DNA of 64,000 nt from Eledone cirrhosa. Lineage: Eukaryota. A program made the position numbers and the translations under genes. Under the pieces are notes generated by a model, which ran no database searches, was not told the origin of the DNA, and worked only from the letters and a program-made list of their open reading frames with translations. Positions 25,121 to 36,516 of this stretch are shown in pieces. Within the stretch, counting starts at the first letter, position 1. Every line of letters starts with the position of its first letter. The stretch spans positions 244,776,001 through 244,840,000 of the forward strand of contig OZ024740.1 in NCBI GenBank assembly GCA_964016885.1, given 5' to 3'.

Positions 25121-25190
<70 letters not shown>
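25103..25190. repeat. (AAT)n microsatellite
   Basis: Direct reading; pure tract from ~25122. Confidence 0.85.
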
Positions 25191-25191
<1 letters not shown>

Positions 25192-25500
25192 GTAATATTA
25201 ATAATGTCCGTTTACAATTGTTTCGCTACTCCATATAATGTTTCTGGATCAAATGATTATAGATCAGTATTGATCTGGTTCAGTTGAAGATAATTAACTT
25301 AGGTAAAATTAGAGCAGCTCATCGTAACGTCAAAAGGAATATAAATTAAAATAAAGAAAGAATGTTACATGAATGTAATGTTCCAGATATTGGTATTTCA
25401 CTATTGTCTGCCATAATCGAGCAATATTCTTCTGTCGAGGCTGCATTGTGTGAGATCTGCCTATGTGTAACAAGATGGCCGCCAATCTTGTTACCCATAG

Positions 25501-28500
25501 GCACTGCCAGGCCAGGGACCTCTGGAAGATATCCATAGGTCCCGGGCTGAATGTCCTACCGAACAGGTTGACCAGTTCGTTTTCCTCCATGCCTAGGGCT
25601 TCTCCGGGGGCGTCGTCGCACCTGCTAACCACCAGCCCTCTATAGAATGACGAGGTCGATTCTCCACTGATCGCCGGGTCCGCCTGCCAGAGAGCCGTGA
25701 GCGCCTGGGTACACTCGATGTGCCAGGCGCCCAGTTTTCTCGGTCTTTTCTTGACCCAGGATTGCAGCTCGGTGAGCGAGATGAGTCTGTGAAAGGCTCT
25801 CCTCACAAACGGGGCCCACACCGGTTGACCGGTGAGGAATACCTGGAGGTGCCGTAGCCTTAATGCGTGTTTACGCATCATCAGCCACGGCAACCCCAGC
25901 CCTCCTTTCGAAGGGTGTTGACAGCAGATGAATCTCCTCACCATAGGAGCCCGCTTCTTCCAAAGGAATTGGAAGAGTGCGCGCTCTATTTTGGCGAGCG
26001 TTACCCTTGGGCAAGGCACGACGGCCAGGGGGTAGTAGATGACGGACGCTATATAAGTGTTCTCCACCTCCGTCCAACCTTTCAGGGACAGTTTGCACTC
26101 GGCCCACTTCTGGGTCAGTGCAAACACCCTGTTCGTTACCTTACCCTAGTTCTTCTCCACCTGGAGGTCTGGTCCGAATCAGACCCCGAGCAACTTCACC
26201 GGGCCCTCCGTCCAGCGCCCGACGACGCCATCGGAGGGCATCGATTTGCCCCTCCACGTGCCGAGTTGCAAACCGATCGACTTGTTCCGGTTCAGCTTAG
26301 CCCCTGTAAACCTTTCGTACTCCTCCAGTAAGGTGCCGATCACCCCGATTTCCGAGGCCATCGACACCATTACTGTTACGTCATCGGGGTAGGCCGACAC
26401 CGCTTTCCGCAATCCCGGTTCCAACGGGATGCCCTGCAACAACTCCAACTTCCGCAGCAGTGGCTCTAGAGTCATTACATACAGAAGGGAGGAGAGAAGG
26501 CACCCTTGTCGGATGGACCGCGCGATTTCGAACGGCTCCGAGAGGTAGCCGTTCACCTTGACTCTACAGCAGATGCGGCTGCTGTGCATGGCAGTGATCC
26601 AGCCCCTGAAAACGGGTCCGAAGCCTGCCGCCGCTAGCACCGCATCCAAGTAACCATGGTCGACCCTATCGAAAGCCTTAGATTGAACCAAGTTAATCAG
26701 GGCCCCACCAAAGTCGGGTTCGTTCCCAACCCTCATTATGATGTATCGCATGATGTGGAGGTTGTCATGGATGGGCCTGGACGGGATAGCACATATCTGC
26801 GCATCTTCCACCAGGTTGCCCACGACAAACGCCAACCTCTTTGCTAGCACCTTGGCCAAAATCTGTAACTCTGTATTTGGCAGAGTTATGGGCTTGAAAT
26901 TACTTATATCGTCCACCTTGTTCTCGTCCTTCCTCACTAGCGTGACTACGCCCTTGGTCACAGCACAGGTAATTCTCCCGTTCTGTTGCCAGTTGGAGTA
27001 GACCGCCTCGAGGAGATCGGGGAACAAGTCCGGCATAGCTAGATATGGTTCGTATGGAAGACCATCGAGACCCGGGGATTTGCGTTTGCCGCATTGGCTC
27101 AGCACGTTCTCTATCTCAGCGGCTGAATCGGCGCCTCGCAGGACTTCGCCTCCTTGTCCGAGAGACGCGGCAGGCCGTCGAGGTATGGACCGAAGTCCAC
27201 TTCTCCAACCGGCTCCCCGCCCCTTCCGAACAATCTGGCAAAGTGCTTTTGAAAAGCCTCGCACATCTGCTTAGGTTCAAGGATCACCCGTTCATCCTGG
27301 TCTCGCAAAGACCGGATAGTGGATCTAATCCCTCTTTTGGCTTGTGTCACGCGGGCCAAACTAACAGCTTTGGTCTCCTCGTTTCCCAGAACACGTATTT
27401 TGCTTCGGACGATGCAGCCTTCGTGTTTCGCGTCGAAGAATTGGCCCAGGGCCGTTCTCGACGCTAGCACTCTGGCCACGTCGCCGCTTCTAATTGCCTC
27501 TTCTACACTATCTACCAACTCCCTTTCCTTCCTATTTCTATTTGAGGCTAACTCCTTACTAAATTCTATAGAGACTACTTTAATCTCTCTTTTGATAGAT
27601 CCCCACCACCTGCTGTTGACGATGGCGCCCGTCAACCGCTCCTTAACTAAAGTGCTAATCCGGTCCCTGTAAGCTTTACTTACCGGTAAGGACAAGTTGA
27701 GCTTCCAGTAACCGAGTCCCTGTCTATGCGTTCTGTCAAGGTTGACCATGCAGGTCACTAACTTGTGGACTGAATAGCCAACCATGAGCATTTCTGGACA
27801 ACTTAAAAAGTCCTTATCTTTATTTCTAACTAAGAACCTATCTAGGTTCGACCTAGATGATCCGCTGAGGTTTGCCCAAGTCCAGGTTGGCACAGTCGGA
27901 AAATCTAGTCGATATCTATTGGCCAGGTCAAATCGGCCGATTAACCCTTCGAGGCTGTTACACCCCTCTCTATCGGGACATGCCCCTACGTAGTCCCAAA
28001 GTGCATCTAGGATACCATTACAGTCCCCCACTAATAGCAAGGAGCGGGACGTCCCTAGAAAAGTCTTCAGACGATGGAAGAAGTCCGGCCGCGTTGACCC
28101 GAAAGGGCCGTAGACGGCTACCAGCCTAAACGCTCCACCTTCACCACTGCCAAGGCCCAGAACCACTAGTCGACCCTCCGGGTCCAAATGTACCGTCTGT
28201 TTTGCGAGACCCAGCTGTTTTTGCAGCAGAACGACAACCCCACCCCCACCTCCGGGCTGACAGAGAGATGCGTGCAAAGTCATCAAAGGTGGGGGCCAGC
28301 TGTCGCACGTTGCTGATCCGGGCCTCGCAAATAACCATCACATCTATACGTTGTGGCCTGAGGTCATTTAGAAGCATTGCTTGCTTCTAAGTTGAGCCCA
28401 GGCCACACGCATTTAGACAGCCTACTCTTAGCATAGCCATGTTGGTGGTGAAGAGAAAAGGCACTTACCTCTCTGCATTCCGGGTATCGGGCTGCACAAT

Positions 28501-28957
28501 TTCCATGAGGATGGGGGATGGGTTGTAGGGTGGGGTGGTGGTTTGAGGAAGTGTAGGGGCATCAGTGTATCGTGTGGTTGGGGTGTTTGGAGTTGTGTGG
28601 GTGTTTGGGGAGGGGTGGGGAAATTGTTTAGGAGGACGCGGTTAATGGGCCCGACGCTTGGGGGGAGGGGGGGCACGTCCTCTTTAAAGTTGTTTTTTAG
28701 CGTTTTATAGGTGTCCTGTGGGGCCTTAATCATTTTGAGGTGGGGGAAATCCCCTGCCTGGGTAAAGTTAGGCCCTTGGGTTTTCACTAAATTGTTGTTG
28801 TATACAATGTTTTGCAGTTTTTTATTTCTTGTGTTTATGTATGTGTATGCATGTTTTTGTTTTTGTGTGGTGTTTTTTTGTTTGCTGTTGTTGTGTGCTC
28901 TTTTGTGTTGGTGTCTGTGTTATGTTTTGGGGAGGGGTTGTTTTCATTTGTGTGTCT
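25501..28957 (-). mobile_element. Tx1/L1-clade LINE copy A (truncated at both ends)
   Basis: ORF1 C-terminus (28787-28428); ORF2 ATG 28440; APE (GDCNGILD, SNLDR, GYWKLN); RT (KSPGLDGLP, QSKAFDRV, IRQGCLLS, YPDD). Confidence 0.93.

Positions 28958-29004
<47 letters not shown>
28958..29004. repeat. (GATA)n tract between Tx1 copies A and B
   Basis: Direct reading. Confidence 0.95.
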
Positions 29005-32000
29005 TTTTTTAATTTGGCACAAGGGCGCACAAGAAAAGGGAACAATACAAAGACATGCCGGGGATTTTACATACAGTCGTGTAAAAAATAAAAAAAACAA
29101 ACAATTATAACAATCGAAATACCCAAGAGGGGGGAAGAGCCACAAATGGGTTGTTTAATACCCCGTCGATAGAACAACTCTCAACTTCAGGAGCGTATTG
29201 TGCAAGTGCTCCCTTCTTCCTTTTGCTCTCTTCTTTAACCTACAGGCTTATAAACAGCGAAGGCCCAATCACTCGGGCATTTTTGTCACATTCACCCACC
29301 TTTGAGTAAATTTACTGGGGTGCAGTACGTCTCTCTCCACTCTGATTCTCCTTCTAAAGAGATACTTAAAGAAGGGAATCAATTGTTGTCCGGAGAGAAA
29401 GGCATCTGTCCTCAGTCCTCTCAATCTCGTCCACCATATAACTTCTTTCACCATAGCCACTGTACAGAGGAAAACCGCCTCTCTTTCGTTTGTGAAAGAG
29501 GCTGGCGGTTTGATCCTTACTATGGACTCGGCAGTCAACTGGATTTGTCCCATACGCGACAGCAGTTGTTCTGCATAGTTCCACAGGTCGGTTACGCCCG
29601 GGCAGTGTACAATTGCGTGCAGGACGGTTTCAATGTCCTGCGCGCATCTTGGACACGTCCTCTTGGAAGGATCCCTGCCGGGGCGTCCGTGCCTGTAGAT
29701 CTTGTCACGAACCGGTAGAGCTCCTCGGTAGCACTGCCAGGCCAGGGACCTCTGGAAGTTGTCCATAGGTCTCGGGCGGAAATTCCTACCAAACAGACTG
29801 GTGAGCTCATCGTCTTCGACGCCCAGTGTCTCTTCGAGCACGTCGTCGCCCTTGTAACGTACAATCCCTCTATAGAATTTCGAAGTGGAGTCTCCACTGA
29901 TTGCTGTACCCGCTTGCCAGAGAACTGTGAGCGCCTGAGCGCATTGAATGTGCCAGGCGCCCATCGTTTTCGGTCTTTTCTTGATCCAGGACTGCAGCTC
30001 CGTCAGCGAGACGAGCTGTGGGAAAGCCTGTCTCACAAACGGTGCCCACACCGGTTGGGGGTCGGTGAGGACCACCTGGAAATGCCGCAGCCTCAGCGCA
30101 TCATCAGCCACGGCATGCCCAGCCCTCCGTTGGAAGGGTGCCGACAGCAGACGGATCTCCTCACCAGCGGAGACAGCTTCTTCCACGGAAACTGGAAGAG
30201 CATGCGTTCCATCTTGGCGGGGACAAGGCACGACAGTCAAGCGGTAGTAGATGACGGACGCTATGAAAGTGTTCGCCACCTCCGCTCGACCTTTCTAGGA
30301 CAGTTTGCACTCTGCTCACTTCTGGGTGAGCGCAAACACCTTAGCCGTGACCTCGTTCCAGTTTTTCTCCACCTGAAGGTCTGGACCGAACCAGATCCCG
30401 AGCAATTTCACCGGTCCTTCCGTCCAGTGTCCAACGCCGTTGTCGGACGTCATCGGTTTGCCTCTCCACGTACCGAGTTGCAACCCGACAGACTTGTCCG
30501 GGTTTAGTTTTGCTCCCGACAGCGTTTAGTATTCTTTCAGTAAGTTGCCGATCACCCCGATTTACGCGGTGCTCGACACCATTACCAACACGTCGTCGGC
30601 ATAAGCCGACGCTGCTTTGCGCAGTCCCGGTTCTAGAGGAATACCCTGCAACAGCTCCAATTTCCGCAGTAGTGGCTCTAGAGTCAATACATACAGAATG
30701 GAGGAGAGAGGGCACCCTTGTCGGATGGAACGCGTGATTGCGAACGGCTCCGATGGGTAGCCGTTCACCTTGACACTCGAGCAGATGCTGGTGTGCATCG
30801 CCTCGATCCAGCGTCTGAAAATGGGACCGAAACCGGCCGCCTTGAGAACCGCTTCCAAGTATCGATGGTCGACCTTATCGAATGCCTTAGACTGATCCAA
30901 ATTGATCAGAGCCCCACCGAAGCCGGGTTTACTACCCACCCTCTCTATGATGTATCGCATGAGGTGGAGGTTGTCGTGTATGGACCTGGTCCGGATTGCA
31001 CACGTTTGCGCTCTCCCTACCAGGTTCTCGACGACAAGCGCCAACCTCGTCACTAGCACCTTGGCCAAAATCTTTAACTCTGTGTTGAGCAGAGTTATGG
31101 GCCTGAAGTTTTTAATTTCGTCCCCCTTGTTCTCGTCTTTCCTGATCAGCGTTACTACGCCCTTGCCTGCAGAACTGGGAATTCTCCCGTTCTGCTGCCA
31201 ATTGCAGTAGACGGCTTCGAGGACGCCAGAGAACAAGTCCGGCATGCCTATGTAAAACTCATAGGGTAGACCATCTAGACCGGGTGACTTTAGTTTCCCG
31301 CAGCGGCCCAGAGCGTCCCGTATCTCTGTCTGTGATCGGTCTTTCCCAGAATTCGGCGTCCGCGTTCGAGAGACGCGGCAGGCCATCGAGGTATGAACTA
31401 AAGTCCATTGCCCCGTTCGGCTCACCGTCGTTCTGCTCAAACATTCGTGCAGAGTGCTGCTGAAAGGCCGTGTACATTTGCTTGGGGTCAAGTAGCACAC
31501 GTCCGTTTTGGTCATTCAAAGACACGTTCAGCTTCCAGTATCCGGGTTCCTGTCTATGTGTTCTGTCACGGTTGACTATTCAGACGACTAAATTGTAATC
31601 TGAATAGGCAACCATGTGCATTCGTGGACAGCTTAACATCTCCTTGTCCCTTTCTCTAATGAAGAACTTATCTAAATACGATCTAGATATTCCCGCTGCG
31701 GTTTGCTTACGTCCACTGTGGTGCAGTCAGGAAATCCAGTCGATACCTATCAGCCAGTTGGAATTGGCCGATTAAAGTTTTGAGGCTGTTGCACCCCCCT
31801 CTACTGGGACATGTTCCCACATAGTCCCATCGTACGTCTAGGATACCATTCCAGTCCCCCACTAAAAGTAAGGAGCGAGACGTTCCCAGAAAAGACTCTA
31901 GACGCTTAAAGAAGTCTGGCCGTGATTGCGATTGCCCGGTCGAGGCATAAACGGCCACCAGTCTGAAGGCTCCACCTCAAATACTGTTCACGTCTAGGAC

Positions 32001-33878
32001 TATCAGTCTACCATCCGGATCCAAGTGTACTTGCTGTACTTCGACGTCCAGGTTCTTCCAAAACATGACAGCCACTCCCCCTCCATCTCCTGGCTGACAG
32101 AGAGATGCGTAGATCTCAAAGTGTCGAAGATGGGGGGTTAGTTGCTGCCTGTTGTGGATCCTGGACTCGGTGATGGCTATCACATCCATACCGTGTGACC
32201 TAAGGTCGTTTAAAAGTTGGCCCTGTTTCCAGGGCATCCCTAGGCCACGCACATTCACGCTTCCAACTCGTGAACTAGCCATGTTGGTGGGGAAGAGTTG
32301 GCGAAAAGGACGAAAAGGTGCACTTACCTTTTCGTTTCCTGGAGATCGGGTTGTTCAATCTCCATTTCAATTCTGGTGGGGGTGTTGGGTGTGGTGGGGA
32401 AACATTTTAATAAGACGCGGTTAATAGGTTTTTGACGGGTTGCCAACATCCTGCGAAAACTGTTCTTTCAATTTCTGATAGGTTTCTATCGAAACCCTTA
32501 TTAGTTTTAGGTGTGGAGACGATTCTGCTTTGACGAAAGTTTTGCCCTCTGTCTCCACCTTGGGGTTTGGGGAAATGACCTTCATCAAACTCTTGTTGAT
32601 GTATGCGTATTGTTGTTTGTGTTTTTGTTGTGTTGTTTTAGTTTGTTGTTCGTCCGGGAGTTTTCTTTTCATGGTGGGTGCTTGTGTTTGGGGTGGTGTT
32701 GGTGTTGGTTTTGCTGGTAGGGGATGTTTGACTGTGGTGTTGTTTGTGTTGTTGTTTGTGTCTGCGGTTGTGTGTTGGTTTTGGTGATTGGAGTTTTGGG
32801 GGTTTTGTGGTGTCTCCTGTTTTTGTTTTTTAGATTTCCGAGGCTCTGCTTCTTCTTCACTTAAAGAAGGGGAAGCAGCCTCATCTGTCGCTGAATAATC
32901 ATCGCCAAGAGTGTGGGGTAGGGGTATGTTGTGTGGTGGTGGTGTTTCGGTGTGTGTGTTTGTAGTAGTGTTTGATGGAGTGGGATGTGGTGGGGCTGTG
33001 TTCTTCAGGGGTGTTGTCTGTGTTTTTTCTGTTGTTGGTTGAGTGGCTGTTTGTTTTAGTGTGTTTGCTCGTTTCGTCTGTTGTTGTACTTGTGGTGGTG
33101 GTTGTTTTGGTGTTGGTGTTGGTAATAGTGTTTTTTTAATGATGTTGTTGTGGTCTGTTTGTGAAGGACAGGAGGCCTTTAGGTGTGTTGCGTTACCACA
33201 GCGAAAGCAATGAAGTTTACGCCCCTCCACCGAAATTTTTATATTGTTGTTGCCGTCGATGACGACTTTTTCGTGTATTTTGGAGATTCTCTCCGGCCTC
33301 ATTTGCATCATAATCCCCAAATCAGTACCGACCACCTTTGTCTAATAGACTTTCAATTGAAAGAATGGCATCAGTTTCTGGCTCCACGAGGCCAGTCATG
33401 ATCCACCAGATGTTAATGTTTGGTGGTATATTTTTTTTTTTTATTTTTTGTGTCCTTTTTCCCATGTTCGTACGGAAAAAGGTGAATGCTTTTGACACCA
33501 TTGGTGTCACAGAATGTTTTGGGGCGAGTGCTTCGCTTTTAAACAGTACGGAAATACTGATGTTTTTCCGTACTGTTTTCCTTGTTGAAGAAAGTCAATA
33601 TTTTCTAGAGTCTCCTTCAAAGTGCCTTCTATGTCTCTTTGACTCACAAATATTGGCTTTCTCGTTGTGTTTGAGACAGTCCTGAAGGTCACTGTCCTTC
33701 GAACTGTCTCTTCTTTTATTTGGAAGGGTGAGTTGATTCTAAACCCACCCTTGTCTTCGAAAGTTACAAATTTTCTCCCTTGCTGGAACATATCTCTTGC
33801 ATTGGAGATGTCAAGATTTATACAATCTTGTTTTTTGTTCACTGTTTTAGCGAAATACATTTTTGTGTGGTGTTGCTC

Positions 33879-33916
<38 letters not shown>

Positions 33917-34026
33917 AGCCTCGGTGTTGGAAATCGCAATTTCTTGACGAGGTGAAACTTTATGTGTAGATGTATCTATGGAGTTGTTGTTGTTGTCTTT
34001 ATCATGTGTATGTATATCAATAGGTT

Positions 34027-36091
34027 TGTAGCGGTTGTCTCCCTTGTTTTGATTAGGATCTAGACGGGAAGTGGAACCCTTTCTGCAACTTCCGGTCAGA
34101 GCCCTATAAAACTAACAACTTTAAGCTTCCTTTCTCTCTTTGCCTTTTCGGCACCAGGTCAAGAGTCTTCTCATTTGGCTCTGCCATTAATTTGGCCAAC
34201 AGGCGCCTGGCCTTAGCCAGGCGCCCTCTGCCAGCCGCGATTGCCTGGCAATCAAAACGGTAACTACTAACTTTGTTTATTTCTAACCTCTATCTTTGAC
34301 ATGTCAAGTATTCTATCTACCGTTAATTAAATATTATATACACAAACATTGTCTCGTTTTGTTACATTCATACAACCAGTACCCTCGCTATATTGGTAAC
34401 CCTGACGTGATACGAACACGCAGCCGTTCATCGCTATAAGGGTCACCCCCAAAAAAAGAAAAAAATAGCACATCTGGTTTTGTGAGTAACATTACGAATA
34501 CACAGCAAATTTAGCGACAAACTATGAAAATACTCAAGGACACGCACACACGCACATGTGGAATTCGCACAGACATACTTTTTCTCTCACGCATCAATTA
34601 ACTGTCGCATTTCACCAATATATATATATATGTTTCTCGTTTCTTACAACGAACACTTTCAAAACAAAAAAAACATTTCACGATATATATATATGTTTCT
34701 CGTTTCTTACAACGAACTCTTTCAAAACACAAAAAAAAAAAAAAAAAGAAATTTGATATTCTTTAAAAAACATTTCAACAGGAACATTTATTTTCGATGA
34801 ACCATTGCCTTTTGTTCTTCGTTTTCTTCATCGTTCAAGTTTTTTGTTTTTTTTCCAAAGTTCACACCTATAATTATGCTGATTGAAGCCTTTCTTTTTC
34901 ATCATTGTCACTTTCAAAATTGCACTATCATTTTCTCGCGCGTTAGAAATATTTTTTTTTCAACCTTGTATTGGCACGTGTAGGCAGCATAAATTCTCGA
35001 TTCACTGAGATGTCTCTTACTCACAGACAGCCGCACGCCATTTATCACCAGGGATTCTTCAGCCTTAAGCTATATTCTTCTATTTGCCGGTTTATAAATT
35101 TACAATGTAAATTTACCGTTGATAACCGCGCATTTATTAGGAATGCTTATTTCTCTGGTCGCTGGCCTCTTGACCCTTCCAGGTCAACGCATTCTCAACA
35201 TCGACCATCAACTTCGGCTGCTATTTCTAGCACTTTGCGCAACTCATTTTTTCTAAAAAAAAATTTTTTTACTGTGAATTTAGACACCGAATACGCTCAC
35301 TCAGCGAGACAACAGCAGCAGCAACAGCAATATAACAGCAACAGCAATACATCAACACAGCTTCACCTTAGCCAGGCCCATTCGGAGGTTGGAAATTTCA
35401 CGATATACCACAGAACAGAAACCACCTGCATTCATTCTCTGGAACACACTTTCTTTCCTGCTGTCATGTGATTGCACACCTGTGAACTATATTTTGAACT
35501 TTGAGCTCTTCTATTACTTTTACTTTATTACATTGTATCTTTGGGTGATGGATAGATGGATGTCCAGTCGTTCTCTGGCCAAGAGCGGTTGGCTACCTTG
35601 ATATCTATCATTGATTTTTCCAAACATTCTTTTGTCGTAATTTTCATGCCTGTTACAACATTCTCGCCAACTTGCTACATATTTTCATTTCGATTTTTAT
35701 ACACTAAAATTCTGGCGGGAGGTTATGTAGCGGTTGTCTCCCTTGTTTTGATTAGGATCTAGACGGGAAGTGGAACCCTTTCTGCAACTTCCGGTCAGAG
35801 CCCTATAAAACTAACAACTTTAAGCTTCCTTTCTCTCTTTGCCTTTTCGGCACCAGGTCAAGAGTCTTCTCATTTGGCTCTGCCATTAATTTGGCCAACA
35901 GGCGCCTGGCCTTAGCCACGCGCCCTCTGCCAGCCGCGATTGCCTGGCAATCAAAACGGTAACTACTAACTTTGTTTATTTCTAACCTCTATCTTTGACA
36001 TGTCAAGTATTCTATCTACCGTTAATTAAATATTATATACACAAACATTGTCTCGTTTTGTTACATTCATACAACCAGTACCCTCGCTATA
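34027..36091 (+). mobile_element. Non-autonomous LTR retrotransposon (TRIM/LARD-like, probably Gypsy-type)
   Basis: 366-bp LTRs 34027-34392 and 35726-36091 (TGTAGCG...CGCTATA; one mismatch seen, 34220 vs 35919); 4-bp TSD GGTT; PBS at 34394; purine-rich GGCGGGAGG just before the 3' LTR; TATAAAA in the LTR; no gag/pol in the interior. Confidence 0.95.
34394..34425 (+). promoter_or_regulatory. Primer-binding site complementary to the tRNA-Trp 3' end (extended, ~32 nt)
   Basis: TGGTAACCCTGACGTGATACGAACACGCAGCC versus the reverse complement of metazoan tRNA-Trp(CCA) recalled from memory, TGGTGACCCCGACGTGATTCGAACACGCAGCC. Confidence 0.8.
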
Positions 36092-36516
36092 GGTTTAATT
36101 CCTGTGTTTTCCTGTGTGTTATTTTTCTCCGCTTCGACGGTAGAAATTTTAAAATCTTCAAGTGGTAATATTATTTTTTCTCTTTGTTGACAGTCGTATC
36201 CATGGCGACGTCCATAGTAGCAGAAGCAGATATAACGTTAATATCTGCTTCTCTACTTTTCTTCTCTCTGTCGACGTTCTCTAGGGTTCTTTCCGAGTTA
36301 TTCATGTTTTATAGTTGGCAAAATTTGATTTTTTAAAACAATATTTAAATTAAATGTTCGCCCCTAGAGGGGCGAAAATGGGATTACCACCTAGCTGACA
36401 ATTCAGCTTGGGGGTTAATCTACAAAATGATATGTTTTTCAAACAATTTGTTCAGTTTTTTTGTATAGAAATTTACAAAAAAACTTACCGGCGATGTTCC
36501 ACGCGTCAGATAGATA

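Larger units (their letters stand above)
29005..36508 (-). mobile_element. Tx1/L1-clade LINE copy B, apparently full-length, with nested LTR element and an internal ORF2 deletion
   Basis: 5' UTR 36508-36306; ORF1 ATG 36305; Zn knuckle CFRCGNATHLKASC; ORF2 ATG 32282; APE; linker deleted near 31525; RT YADD; C-terminal CPRCAQDIETVLHAIVHC; TAG at 29242-29240; 3' UTR to (TATC)n. Confidence 0.93.

Noticed and set aside
34971-35471. 166-aa ORF inside the LTR element
   Set aside because: It has a TTG start, no gag/pol motifs and a CAG-repeat-derived polyQ; probably incidental.
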